DNA of 64,000 nucleotides, taken from assembly GCF_009914755.1 (NCBI RefSeq), contig NC_060928.1. The stretch is one strand, 5' to 3'. This stretch comes from the human T2T-CHM13v2.0 reference genome, Homo sapiens. Positions 46,393-60,663 of this stretch are shown here, piece after piece. The notes beneath the pieces are model-generated. The model searched no databases, had not been told where the DNA came from, and saw only the letters and a list, made by a program, of their open reading frames with translations. The first letter of the stretch is position 1; every line of letters begins with the position of its first letter. A program made the position numbers and the translations under genes.

Positions 46393-46610
46393 GTGATTTT
46401 GTGTTGCCATTGCTATTTAGAGGTTTCACTGAACAACTGATTAAGGTGCCCAGATTCAGAGTAGTAGCTGAAGAGGATTTGGAAGTGTCCCCATCCTGAC
46501 AGTCTAAAAATAATTTTTATTTTTTTCAGCATGTAAGTTTTAAGTAGGGAGTAAGGAAGATATTTTCTATAATAACTTTTAAGTAATCATTCCTCACAGA
46601 CTATATTTAG

Positions 46611-46939
<329 letters not shown>

Positions 46940-47219
46940 CAAATATTATTTTTAAAGTCAGGATTTTTCGGGGGAGGGGACCACTTGGTTCCTTGGTTCT
47001 TGGTGGACTGCAAGAATGTAAAGGGTCATGTAAGGTGAGTAACTTATTCTACAAAGGCACTGGAACATCCAGAAAGCCTAGGTCTTGCCACTCCTCCCTC
47101 TGAGGTGCTGGCTCTGGCCCCCAGGCAACACAAAACAGGCAGGAATGACTCCGATAGGGGATGGAAGCTCCTCCAATGTGTCTTCACTGAAGTCAGCTCT
47201 GAACTCATGGACTTCTCAT

Positions 47220-47437
47220 GGACAGCAGTGCCTCGATTATGGCTCACTGCGGCCTTTACCTCCCAGGCTCCTCCCACCTCGGTCTCCCAGGTAGCTGGGA
47301 CCACAGGCATGGGACACCACACCCAGCTATTTTTTTATTTTTTTGTAGCGACAAGGTCTTGCTATGTTGCTAGGCTGGTCTCAAACTCCTGGGCTCTCGA
47401 AGTGCTGAGATTACAGGCACAAGCCACTGTACCAGCT
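47220..47437 (-). mobile_element. Degenerate partial AluJ
   Basis: Reverse Alu with deletions and no tail. Confidence 0.75.
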
Positions 47438-48751
47438 TGCAAAAGTCCTTTCAAGATTCTGATGAGCCCTTCTAGGCATTCATTCCATTCATGCTAAAAA
47501 TCCTCAGGTTAAATAATCACCAGGAGGCACACACAGAAAACCCCACCTGCAGGTCCATGTTAGCAGCTGTGCAAATCTTGAGATCTGAAAAGCTGTAGGT
47601 TTTTCATTCTCCCTAGGCTGATCTTTCCTTACTCTCTATATTATTCCAGCCCAGACTGATGCACTGATTATTCTCTTATATTTTCTGTGCCCTTTTTTTT
47701 TTTTTAAAGTGTTTGTTCTTAGAAGTCTCCTCACATCTTCTATGGAACAAAGTAAGACACAGATGAATAATACAATGCATGTATTTTTTGTTGTTGTTTA
47801 AAACTAAGCACAGCTTTAGGAACGTAAGACAAAGCTGAGCTTCCTTACTAACGTGAACAGACTCATAACAGGCATTGAAATAGACATGCTGGCAATAAAA
47901 AGGTGGCAGATAAAGAATTCAGTAAGCAACACAGCCGGAAGGGAAAAAGAGAAAGCCCAACCCACTGACTTGGATTTAATGGAACCAGTCCTCCTATTCC
48001 TATTACAATTCCATCTCCATTCCATGCTTTCCCTCTTGTCAATTTCACACCCTGGCTCCACATACATCACTGCCCCAGCCCTTAGTGGTGGACAGAGATA
48101 TTCACTGCTCCTCTTCCAGCCTTTGCTGATAGAATTTGTAAAACATCAAGTAGCAAAGCAAATTGTTCACAACCTGCGTTCCTTACCATAAAATTTATCT
48201 TTAAAGACCAGCAATGTTAGAAGCAGCCCAAGGACTTGTTCAGAATGCCACTGGCTCTAGAGTGGCCATGATATTACTGGCTGTGCTCAGAACAAAGCTG
48301 ACTTGACCAGAAGCAGCACAGATTTCACTGCAAGCCCTAAGATACTTACAGAACCAACTGGCAATATGGCAGTTTCTGGCAAAGGAGTCAAGGTTTTGAA
48401 CCTGTATGGTGTTCCCCTCTTAAGTGCTACTAAGAAAACCTATTTGCGATGTTACTTGTAGACACAGATCTGCTTTGGGATTCAGAACAAATAAAAAAGA
48501 ATCTGGGAAGATTCTTTCTCTCTCCATGGCACAGGAGGGTGAAGGGGAGGGGAGGGGAAGGTGCTGAAGTAGACAAGGTGGAATTCCATGGTTGTTAGCA
48601 CCGAAGATCAGATGCATAACTTGTAAATGAAAAATGCAAAACGAAAATGCAAGCCCCCGCCCCGTTCAAAAAGCAGGGGGAAGACGCTACAAACAATAAT
48701 AAAACATAAAAGTTTTTCCTTTCTTCCGTATGCTTTCTCTTGGCTTGTTAA

Positions 48752-49056
<305 letters not shown>

Positions 49057-50348
49057 GTTAATGTGTTTTTTAATTGCTATTTAATGTTACAATCCCTCAG
49101 GCATGGGGATACTTGTAAGTGCAAACCCTTACAAACACTCAGGGCCCTGTCCATATCTTGGTACCTGCACACAGACCATTGGCTTCTGGGTACCCTCTCC
49201 CATCAGCTGCTGGACAGATGCACCATGCACTGATCAGGGGCGGGGAAATCAAGCCAGGAACCCTCTCTTCCCATGGCCCCACAATCTCAACCCACAGCAG
49301 ATGGGTGGCCCATAAATGTATTGCAACATCAGTGTTGGGACATGCTAGGTGCCTGGACTGCGGGTAGGCAAGAGGCTCACCCCCACTGAGTCGCCTGTGG
49401 AACACACAGCAGTGTTGCCAGCCCAGACTGGGCTGGTCACCACCACGCTCCAATCCCAAGATACCCAGGGAGTGTGCACTTGACCCCAACCCTCCCGTGC
49501 TCACACCCATGTCTCTTCCGCGGTAGAGGGCAGTAGAAGTCTCTACGTAGGGAGGGAGATAGGGAGGTCTGGCAGGGCCTGAGATGCCGGGGGGCCAGAA
49601 GGTGAGAACCGCACAGGGACGCTGGGAGGTGGCAGGACTGTGTGCAATCCAAAGCCCAGCCCTCTCATGGACATTCCATTGGACTTGACTTATAAGATAC
49701 AAATTCAAAGATTAAGAATTTCCTGACAGCAACCTTGAAGCATTCATCCCCACACACAGGGGCCTTCTCATTGTGGGGCCTGTGCAGCTGCACTGGCCAC
49801 ATGCCCAGAAAGCTGGCTCTGTTAGCAACCTACCAGAAGTCCAGAAACAAAATGGACACAAGTTTGCCCCAACTGCCCCCAGTTTTCCATCATAAAACCT
49901 AATTATCCAATCTGTGTTTATGACAGGAATGGCAAAGAGATTTCACCTTGCACAGATATGAGGCTGCTCTGGTGGCGGTAGGTGGGAGGGGTCTCACACC
50001 CTACCTGTTTAGCTTCCTCTCCCATTGCTTTGCAAGGCAGAGCCTGGTGTATCTTTAAAGACTTCTAAAGCCCACCCATTTGAACAATAATGGTAATTTA
50101 TTACATTGTGCAAAGAGCTGACGTAGTGAGATACAGGCAGAGTCTTGATGGTTCTAGAAATCCCCCCAAACCTAACTTAGCCTAGGGGTTTTCTTCAAGT
50201 GTCAGGGAGATTAGGAAAGAGAAAATTGAGGGATAATTACTTATTAAATGGCTCTGGGTTGATGGTTTGTAAAAACTGGACAATGATCCAAAGTCATTAT
50301 TTGGATCTAAGAATATAACCTGGTGGCTGAAAGCAAGTCTTTACAAAC

Positions 50349-50409
50349 CTTGGCTTCTGGGTCACTGTTGATACTACAAGAATCATCATCATCAGGGTGT
50401 GGGGCATTT
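50349..50409 (-). CDS. APBB2: APBB2 coding exon (61 nt) (R)NAPHPDDDDSCSINSDPEAK
   Basis: tttttctgcctag|AAAT...GCCAAG|gtttgt. Phase 2/0 completes the frame of the previous exon across a 97-nt intron. Confidence 0.95.
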
Positions 50410-50506
50410 CTAGGCAGAAAAACAGAAAAGTGGACTTAGAATTCTATTGCAAACTATCTGCACAAAGCCATACATTGACAGCAGGTCGATCCTACTAATG
50501 TCCTAC

Positions 50507-50592
50507 CTGAGTTTCAAAGATGCATAGCGTAGGGTTGCTCCTTCAAACTCTTTTAAACTGGGGTCCGGGTTAACAGTGGCTGCATGCAAATC
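50507..50592 (-). CDS. APBB2: APBB2 coding exon (86 nt) DLHAATVNPDPSLKEFEGATLRYASLKL(R)
   Basis: ttttcctctag|GAT...CTCAG|gtagga. FE65-family LKEFEGATLRYASL motif; phase 0/2. Confidence 0.96.
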
Positions 50593-50969
50593 CTAGAGGA
50601 AAATAGAACCTTGTTAATGTACAATGGGGGAGAAGACCATTCATTGCCTCAAATATCAAAGGGGAGAAACGTCTTCCCAGCAAGAGGCAGAGAGTGTACG
50701 TGAGCTTAGGCAGAGAAAGGCATGCAAGGACTGTTGAATGCTGACTGGTGCAAACTCCTGTTCTTACAAAACAACGGGGAACCTAGGGCATTCACAATGG
50801 GAGACACCAAAAAAAGGCAACAGGAGTGTGAGCTGAATGCCCCTAGCAAGAAGCCCGATCACTGTGTCCCTGCAGAATGCATGATATTCACAAAGAAGAA
50901 AAATATACAGCCACAGCCATGCAGAAAGGATAAAATATTAAATGATCTAAGATCTGACAATATACTTGC

Positions 50970-51032
50970 CTTCCAAATGTCACTATTAATCTTTCCCCCA
51001 TTCAGAACAGCAAAATCACTCCATGGCTGTTT
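50970..51032 (-). CDS. APBB2: APBB2 coding exon (63 nt) KQPWSDFAVLNGGKINSDIWK, symmetric, GC donor
   Basis: atgtctag|AAACAG...TGGAAG|gcaagt. Translation matches the APBB2 linker as I recall it; phase 0/0. Confidence 0.93.
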
Positions 51033-52154
51033 CTAGACATATAATTATTCACATAGGAAAAAAGCACATTGATTTAAAGAAAAAGAAAAGAAAAGAAAAA
51101 AAAAAACACAAGACACTGTTGTTAGCATTGATATTCACAAGATGGGTTAGGGAACAAGTTAACTCTAACAGCAACTTGTTGGCTCACTCCCTCTATGTCT
51201 AGATTATCACCTGAAGACGAGGGCAGGAGAGTGATGGTGCTTTAATTACTTACCAAATAAATGACTAAACATTATTAGAAGCAGACAGTGAAGTTATTTC
51301 CTTAAGGTAATTTTAAAAGCAAACAATATAATTCCAAGTATTCAATAACTAGCATACCTAATTCCATAATAATCATTTTCCTCCCTATAAACCAAACAGA
51401 ACTGTTTTCTGGTGGTGGGGGTGGAATGAGGGACGGGTACCGTGTTTGTTTGGAAACTAGGGAATGCCCATGGCTGAGGGCCCCAAAAGTTGGGGGTCAA
51501 GATATTTTCACTTAAAAGAAAAAAAGGAGAATGATGGGGAGAGAGGGTTAGTGAAGAACACAGACTGACATCAACACTTGGCGGAAATTTAACCTAACAA
51601 AAAACAACTCTAAACAGTCTAACATAAATTTCTCTAATTCATAAAAGCTCTACTTTTTTTTTTTTGCTTCAAAAGCTTCTTCACAAATTAATACTTGATC
51701 ATGAAATGATTTTCTAAACGTAATTATAGTGCAAGGCATGAAGCCTGGCTTTGTTGCGAGAGCTCTTGCAATAACTGATTTCCAAATCTAAACAACTGCT
51801 CCATCCACCTCAGACAATGAGAAAATGTCTTTTCTTTCTACTAGGCCTAGTGAATATTCAAGTATTTTTCATCTAAGATTTGGGGAAATAAGCAAGCAAG
51901 GCTAATAAAACTCAGGGACAGTCTTGTGAATTGCTTTACTGACTGGTTAGGCAAATCTGTTTGTATAAGAAATCAACCATCAAAACTTTTCAGCTAAATC
52001 ACTTTTCAACTGAAGTTCTTTGAAAATGAGAAGTGAATAATGACCCATAACTTTTACTCACAACATTGATACAGTTTTAAAAACCACTAAAAGCAGAAAA
52101 AAACTAAGCTTAAATGTCTTGTGCGTCGAAAGATGCATTTATTTTGTTTAAAAA

Positions 52155-52447
52155 TTTTTTTGAGACAGGGTCTCACTCTGTCACCCAGGCTGGAGTGCAG
52201 TGGCCCAATCACAGCTCACTGTAGCCTTGACCTCCTGGCTCAAGCAATCCTCCTGCCTTGGCCTCCTGAGTAGCTGGGACTATTCAGGTGCATGCTACTA
52301 CACCTGGCTAATTTTTTAAAACTTTTTTGTTGAGATGGGGGTTCCATTATGCTACCCAGGCTGGTCTTGAACTCCTGAGCTCAAGTGATCCTCCCACTTA
52401 GGCCTTCCAAAGTGCTGGGATTACAGGCGTAAGCCATGGCGCCTGGT
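52155..52447 (-). mobile_element. Alu (AluJ-like)
   Basis: Reverse Alu; probable TSD atgcaYtta. Confidence 0.9.
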
Positions 52448-54714
52448 GCAACATGCACTTACCAAACTCTGCAAGCCTCTCTGAGAGCAAAGACACTTCA
52501 AATTTAGACCCATTATTACTATTGCACATGTGGTGTCATTTTCATTTTTGGTCTAGGCACCTAAACTGCAGCTTTTCAAAATAAAATGGGAACTTAGACC
52601 ACTATATTTACTTTTAAAAAATAATTTCTCTTAATGAATAAAGGGCAGGAATGTTGCCCAATCCCTTACCTTTCCCCTCACTCTACCCCCAGAAGCAGTG
52701 TTCAGTCTTTATGAAGAGAAAATTAATAACCTAGGGCAATCTTAACCTGTTAGCTCGGAGGAGCTATGAACCCCTGAAATGGGTGCGGGGTTTTGTACAT
52801 GTACATTTTCCTGAGAGAAAGATGCCCAATTTTTCTCATATTTCCAGATGGGCCAGTGACCAATTTCGGTTTGGACCACTGTAGGGCTACTAATATGGAT
52901 GTGAGATGAGGACCTGAAATATCAAGTACAAAATAAAATTTTAAGCTAGAATTTCTTTTTCAAAAAGAAAACAAGCTTATATGGCCTCAAATTGTCATCA
53001 CTGTTTACATGTGAGCAATATTTGTTGTTAAGTTGAACTTTAAAAAAGGATAATCAGATGATGAATTAGGAAGACCCAAGATAATTGTGTCTTTGTGGAG
53101 AAATTTATAAAGAAACAAGAAAAACAAAGTTACCTCACAAAAAGAATTTCAGAAATTATCCCCAAGGGACCCTATATGTTGAGGCTACAGAAAGTAAAAG
53201 AAGAGTATTTTCTAAAACAAGTACTCAGAAAAGTCTTCAGTACCTAATTAAAACAGTTCTCTGCGTGTGTGTGGTTTTTAAAATTTTTAATGCATTTACT
53301 CTTTGGACATAAGGGTATCTGTAAAGCAAAAGCTAAAAACAGTATTAAGACTGTCAGAATCCAGCTCTCGTGTTATGGAAACATGAGTTAGATGGCAAAT
53401 GTCCAACAATCACCTTTTACAGATTTAAATAAACAAAGGCTCTGTATAGTGATTTTACAAAAACTTAACACGGGCACTCTTAAGGAAATCCTTTAGCACA
53501 AAACTCAGTAAGGAAATGGAAACTGGCATTATATGTGTTATGACTGGGCCAAAGATCTTTTTTCCCCTCCTATATTTACAACTATTCATTTACATCAAAT
53601 ATGACAAACTTTCTCCAATGTATAAGTGACCATAATTTTTCTTTTTTAAAAAATTAAAGTCAATGAAAGACAAAGTCACTTTGTCTTAAATTTTAAGAAT
53701 TACATGGTCTATTCATCTAACTTTTTTAATTAAGAAGAGAGAATATTTTCTATATTTGGCTAATAAGTTTTGCTAATAATTTTTAGTTAACAAATTTTTA
53801 AAAAAGCACAACCCAACAGAGATTCTTTGGTTCTACAGAAAGTCTGTATCCACCCCCGTAGGGGTGGGAGAGATGAAGGAGGAAGAGGAGAGACAAAGAG
53901 AAAAACATTAAAAGGGGAAAAAGCAAGTTGGACAATATGCCTCAGGTAAGACAAACACAAAGATGGGGAAAGAGGTGGTAACGGACCAACAGGGACCATC
54001 TTCTATGAGCAACAAGCTTCCATGAGCCTGGTAACCCTCCAGGCAATGCAGCTAAAGCCTTGCACAGCTGAGTGACATTCTGGTACCACAGTCATAGTTG
54101 GGACACCCTCCTGGTGCTTGTCCTGACCTTGTCCAGGCTGCAACCTCCCTTTCACTGATTACTTGATCCTGCTCAGTTCTGGGAGAGCCTTGGAGCCTTA
54201 GCTCCTCAGAGACAGTGTGTCTAGGGGGACTGACCCAATGCCCGGGGTATGGCACTCCTCAAAACCCTTGAGCACCACACGGAAGCTGTGTGAGGCTGGA
54301 CCCAGTAAGGAGGGAATCCGATCATATAACCTTGACTACTGAGAGTTTTCTTCTTCCATGTTTCTCTTCTGGGGTCTTGGAAAGCAATTCCACATAGCAA
54401 ACAAAAATGACGCATTATCTTTCAGCTGGAAAAAGGCCAACAATGGAGTTGATTCTTTGACAATATCAACAGAGTGCTCTTAAAGACTAAGTCTCAGGGG
54501 CTGGGTATGTCCCTACCAGGGGACTTTCTCTACAATGCTAAGAAAATCTCTACGAAGTGGTAGCAAAATGCAAACCAGGGGGCAAGAGTGGAGGGTTGAA
54601 CCTGCTGAGAACTGGGTAGAGAGGAAAAGCACTAAAACATTCCACAGTGGCAGTGACAGAAGCTAAAATCATATCATCTCTGTGTGCACTTGAGAAGTTC
54701 TGAAGCTAATACAA

Positions 54715-55109
54715 TGCAATGGTTTGAATGTCTGTCCACTACAAAACTCGCATCGAAATTTAAACACCAATGTTGCAGTATTCAGAGGTGGGGCCTTTAA
54801 GAGGCGCTGCCCTCATGAGTGGATTAATTCACCCATGGATTCATGGGTTATCATGAGAGTGGGACTGGTGGCTTTATCAGAAGAGGAAGAGAGACCTGAG
54901 CTGGCATGCTCAGCTCTCTCACCATGTCATGCCCTGCACCCACTCAGGGCTCTGCAGAGAGTCCCCACCAGCAAGAAGGCCCTCATCAGATGCAGTCTCT
55001 CGGCCTTGGACTTTTCAGCCTCTATAACCATAAGAAATACATTCCTTATCTTTATAAATTACTCAGTTTCAGGTATTCTGTTATAAGCATCAGAAAATGA
55101 ATAAAGACA
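54715..55109 (+). mobile_element. MST-family MaLR solo LTR (MSTB/C/D-like)
   Basis: tgcaatggtttgaatgt...gaggtggggcctttaagagg...ccccaccagcaagaaggccctca...tttataaattactcagtttcaggtattctgttata...aagaca. Confidence 0.88.
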
Positions 55110-55494
55110 CATTGCCTGCTGGAATGCTGGGGTTCAAATTCTGCCTCTGTTCTTACTTGCTCTTTGACCTCAACTCCCTCCCATATCAAACAGGACTAAG
55201 AAGGCCTCCCATCAATGTGCAGACAAAGTGAGATTCAGAATGTTAGCTCTTAGCACAGGGACTGGCTGCCCGAGGGTGCCCTGCAAATGAGTTTCCTTAC
55301 GATCTAGTCTTTCCACGAAAGAAAAAGCAGTTTGGGGAATACAAAGGGTTACGAATCATGTCTCTCAATGCCATTTTGTCAAGGCTTGACCCTTGATTAA
55401 GTGTGGCCTTGATAGTAAATGGCAGAAAACCTGGAATTCCAAGGACTACGGCAGGCAATGTCAGTGAGTGTTTTATCAATTTATATGTGTACAG

Positions 55495-55720
55495 TTTTTC
55501 TTTCTTTTTAAGACAGGGCCTTGCTCTGTCACCAAGGCTGGAGTGCAGTGGCATGATCTCACTGCAACCTCCACCTCCTGAGCTCAACTGATCCTCTCAC
55601 CTCAGCCTCTCAAGTTGCTGGGACTACAGGGCATGCATCACCATGCCAGCTAAATTTTGTATTTTTAGTAGAGAAAGTCCTGGGCTCAAGCCATCTGCCC
55701 ACCCTATCAGAAGATTACAG
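55495..55720 (-). mobile_element. Partial AluJ with left-arm deletions
   Basis: Reverse Alu; right arm intact, left arm fragmentary. Confidence 0.8.
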
Positions 55721-57515
55721 CATTATGGTTTAATCACACAAACATAATTCAGAGAAGTTAAAAAAAAAATCAAACTAGTAAACTGGTTTGTGCAATTAAA
55801 TCAGTCTCTGTGAGCAGCAGTGCAATGCAGAAACTACAATGTAGAGGGGGCCAGGAGAATGAGGGCTCTAGGGCTGGCTTTGTCATTGCAACAGATCAAC
55901 TAACAGCTTCCTTGGCTATGCAGCTGATTTATTTTTTCATTCAGCAAATAGTTAATGAATGTCGTCATGTACTGGGCCCTGTGCACAGGATGAGGAGAAC
56001 AGGTCCCGGCCACCAAGGAGCTTCCTAGTGGGAAAGTGACATACCACAGGTAACAACACTACAATGGGACATGATAGAATACAGGGCTTTCAAAGCAATG
56101 GGGTAAGAGCAGTAGCTCTGGGGAGACAATGGGGTGAGGCCAAATAATTTTTGAGGAAGGGACATGCAAATAAAAATAGGGAGGCTATAGTCATTAGAGG
56201 ACCTGCTGTCCTACTTACTCAGCGTCAATCACTTGGAGAGCTTATGCAAAGGTTCCCAGGCCCCATCCCATTCTGTGATCCCCAGAGGTTCTCCTGGCAC
56301 CATTCCTCGGCTCACTGGCTGAGAAATACGGCCTGCACATTCAACAGGCCCTGCTCCAAGATTCCTTCCAGCACTCAATGTCATGATTACTTGACTGAGT
56401 GAAGAAGTTCAGAAAAATGACGGCAGAACGGCCCTTTTATGTTGTCATCTTATTTCTACATGTATATGAGAATACACAGGCTTAAGGTATTCCACTGGGC
56501 ACCCTCCTGGGGGGGTTAGGCTCTCATGACGCCCGTGAGGCTGTGAGCACTTCATAAGAACAGGCTGATTTAGGACCAAGAGGAAACCACAGTTTGAGCA
56601 ACAATTCATTTTCTCGAGCTTCAGACCCGCCTTCTCCATACTTTCTTCTGTAGGAAGACCAAAACACCTTCATTTGAAAAGATGGGAAGACTTGGCCACA
56701 AGCCAATGGATATTCATAAAAATATTTTGTGTGGCTCTCCGTTCTCTCTAAAATTCAACATCCAAGCAGTCTGCAAGGTAATTTGGAACAAATAAATGGT
56801 TTGGGCGGGGAGGAGCACCACGTGCTAAATTTCAGCAGCAAATGCTTCCTGGCCAGTTTATAAACTTTCAAAAATACTGCTGGCATATGCAGCGGAAACA
56901 TTATCCACTGCGCTTAACACCTCCCAAGTGAACTTTGGAATGTGAAATGTAAAATTTTCAAACTGTAAGGAAGCCTTCAGTTCTAAACTTTTGTGAAGCC
57001 TAGTCAACAGATTTAGCACTTAGTTATTTGATTCTTTTTTTTTTTTTGAAGCCAGCTCAGAAAAAAGCTGAATAAAATATGCATTTCTAACACAACATAT
57101 TACAAGCTTCTTCTGTCCCTTAAGATTTTGCTCTCTTCTCATGCTTTGAAATTGGTTGAAATAGATTCTATTTAGGAACCAAAGAAATGGTGTTAGAAAA
57201 ATAATCATTTCTCTTCAACTGTCATTAGCACCTGAGACAATGATATTAAGAAAGGTCATTTTCTAGAAGGCTCCATATGTGACATAGCCTCCCTTAGGGT
57301 GAGTTAAAGGGATTCAAGAGTCTCCAAGCCTCCCAGACATATGATATTGTGAAGTTCGGGGTGGAAATAGGGGCCAGGAGACCTGAACTCAAGCTTGACT
57401 CTACCATGTATTAGCTGTGTGTCTTGCCCAAACTCCTCAACCTCTCTGTCTCTCAGTGTCAAATGTAAAATGAGAAAGACAACTATAGTACCAGATACAT
57501 AAGGATTTTGGTGTG

Positions 57516-57829
57516 TTTTTTGTTTGTTTGTTTGTTTTAAGAGACAGGGTTTTACCCTGTTATCCAGGCTGGAGTGCTATGGTGTGATCATAGCTCACCT
57601 GCAGCCTCAAATTTCTGGGTTCAAGTGATCTTCCTGCCTCAGCCTCCTAAGTAGCTTGGGCTACAGGCACATACCACCACACCTGGCTAATTTAAAATCT
57701 TTTTTTTTTTGTAGAGATGGGGTCTTGCTATGTTGTCCAGGCTGCTCCTCAACTCCTGGTCTCAAGTGATTCTCCTGCCTAGGCCTCCCAAAGCGCTGGG
57801 ATTACAGGTGTGAGCTGCAGCACCTGACC
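57516..57829 (-). mobile_element. Alu (AluJ-like)
   Basis: Reverse Alu; TSD acataaggRtttt. Confidence 0.9.
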
Positions 57830-60663
57830 ACATAAGGGTTTTATGGGGAGTAAAGAGTTAAGGCATTAGGCTGGACTGTAAATATTTGATTTCTCTTAGT
57901 GCCTCTGGTTTAATATTGGTGACAGGGTCTGCACATCAGCGTATGTGGCAGGCTAAGTCTTTTCCCCAGTTCTCCTATTCCTCTTCTATCTGCTCAACTC
58001 TTTGCCTCTATGACTTATTTATTTCCTTTTAAATCTGCTTGGTTCTTTGACTTAACGGAGGACCTTATGTAGGGGGAGAAACACGTGTATTATGGGAACA
58101 ACTGAAAGGTCAGCCTGAAGACTTTTGCCCTGTTGCTTTCTGAGAGTGCTGGATATGAGTCCCTGTCTCTGAAACTTCTAAAAATATGCACCTTTAACCA
58201 GCTTCCACGGAGGGATAAGCCTTTGTCAATACAAATGGTACAGTGAGCAGCAGAAGAGAGGAATGGAACTGATAGAAGGTGGAGATTCTCAGAGTCCTCG
58301 GGCTCTAGAGTCCTGGGGTCTGGAGTCAGGGAACTGGATACATCCCACCCTAACCCCAGCTGAGGGACACTTAACTCATTGAGTCTCAGTTACCTCTTTC
58401 CTTAAATGGAGAACATACCAGCTGACTTTTCTGCCTCAGGAGACTCCTGAGAAGATCAGATGAAATGATGTCTAGGAAAATACCCTGAAAACCACAACAG
58501 ATTTTTAAGAGCAGTGAGGAGGCCGAGCAGCGGGGCTGTTGGGGGGGAACACTGAACTCCAGGGCAGGAGGTGCCAAGGGTGTGCCCTTCTGAGCCTGGG
58601 AGGGGCCCTGGGCAGTAGTTAGCAAGGGGTACGATGCAGGCACAGAGAGGGGAAAGAGTAGGCAAAAATGGGCTCCAGGAAGGGGAGAGATGCACTCTGC
58701 TACCTGGCAGTTTTCCCCAGAGCCAGCACCCACCTGTGCTGCATTCTTCCCAAGACTTCTGCCCAAATCACGGAAACAAAAGGCTAACGTGTTAATCAAA
58801 GAAATACAACTCTGAGCTCCGTAAGCCTCAGGATGCCCTCCTTGGAGTCCACACACCCCCGCCTGGGCCTCTGCAGGCAGCCTTTACAAAGGACTTCACC
58901 ACTGCCAGATGCAGAGGACTGGAGATTCATGGCACAAAAACTGTCTCTCAAAGTCAGTCCAATCTCCCCAATCTGGGACAGTGAGGAAGCAGAGCAGGTT
59001 GAAATCTCAAAGCCAGGGGAGCTAAGTGAGAAGACCTCTGACCTAGGATCTGGGAGGATTCAGGAACTCTGAGCTCTAGGCCCAGAGCTGCCACCGGTCA
59101 CTGGCCTCTCTACAACCTCAGTGTCCCTGTCTGTAACATATGAATGCTGGCACCAAATGGTGCCTTCACACCCTGGTGTTCTCTGGCTATAGGGCACTCT
59201 CTGGCTGGGAAGATGGCTAAAGGTTTGGAATAGGGAAATGAAAATGGTTATAGGCTTGGAATAGAGGAATGGAGAAAGATTCTTGCCAACTGAGATGCCA
59301 AGAGAAAAGGTGTACAAATAAGAAAGGGAGAGCACGTCTGTGCCTTAGTGAGAACAGAGATTGATCCTGGCCGGCTCAGCTTCTAGGAGGCCCCCACTGT
59401 GGTACAGGGGGAATCCCAGGATCCAACTGGGTGGGGACAGGAAGAGGACTCCTCTCCATACCAAACTCCTTGAGGGCTGAGACGGTGTTGGTTCATCTTT
59501 ATCCCCCAGCACACCTAATGCAAGATGAACAAAAGGCTGAACAAAAATTGCCCAGGGAGTAGGAATTATTATGCTTCAATAAAAAGTTGTTAAAACTGCC
59601 CAGTGATAAGCAACAAAGCCCTATATGGGGTTCAGCAGTCCTGAAGCATGTGCCTGATGACCACGACATGGCACAGGTAAACCAAAGTCCTTGCCTACCA
59701 ATGAGGGTATGGCTGCCCCAGCCCATCACTTTCAAGTTGGAGAATCTGAGGTCCAGGCTGGGTAAATGAGAGGCCAAAGCCCTCTAACAGCAGGAATGTG
59801 ATGAGAATATAAGGCTTACCACCTCCCAGAGAAGAACAAGTACATAATCAAAGATTTAGGAAATAAGACATTGTCTACTTTTAAAAACAGGAAGGGTGAT
59901 ATCTATTGCAAACAGATAAAGAAGCTTCCACAGTAGTTCTAATGCCCTCATGCCTCAAGGCAAAAGAAGATGGGCTTGTTCAAAGAACCAAGGACTGTGG
60001 TCAGAAAGGGGCAGAAATGCCTGGGTGTCAGGGGTCAAAAGAAGTCATTACTTAATGGTGACCTTCTCCAACTCTAATTCTCTTGAACAGTTTGCTTTCA
60101 GGATTCACAAAAGTTCACTGTGGGGATCCTTATACTAATAAACACCACAATGACATTTTTTTAATGCCTCAATTCTTTGTTTAAACATCCAGATTTCTTC
60201 CTCAGGGACAGCAGAAATTTATGCTGTTAATCGTTTCTAAAATAATGTCACTTCTACTAAATAAACAGATTTTTTAAAATAGAAATTAAGCATCTGAGGG
60301 CTCTCAGGGTTATTCTTGCAGACATTCCCTCCACGCTATCAAACGAGCCCAAGGCTAATAAGATACGCAGTAATTATAATATGTCTGGCCAAGAGATGTT
60401 CTTCTGTGTGTAAATATTTTATGGAGCCAGCACCATGCAATGGTACCTGCAGAGTAAAGTACTGCCTCAGTGAGCCCTAGGGAATCTTAACCACTTCTCA
60501 TTAATCAGCCCCTCTTGCTTTCTGTACCTGGAATGCTGTTTCAAGAGACCAAAAGCCATTAAAAAATAAAAACATCCCTGAAAGATGGATATTAACACTA
60601 TTTACTAAGAGGAAGCATTACTGAGATTTCAAATGCAACATGCACAATAATCAAAAAGCTTAC

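Noticed and set aside
48187-48198. 12-nt microexon-like aag|ATAAATTTTATG|gtaagg (minus strand)
   Set aside because: Weak AAG acceptor with almost no pyrimidine tract; it would interrupt the start of PTB1.
49139-49708. Longest ORF (189 aa, minus strand)
   Set aside because: Non-ATG start, no recognisable domain, no convincing splice boundaries, low-information composition.
51254-51264. 11-nt microexon-like tag|TCATTTATTTG|gtaagt (minus strand)
   Set aside because: Frameshifting with a minimal pyrimidine tract; likely chance, although it lies near a regulated exon.
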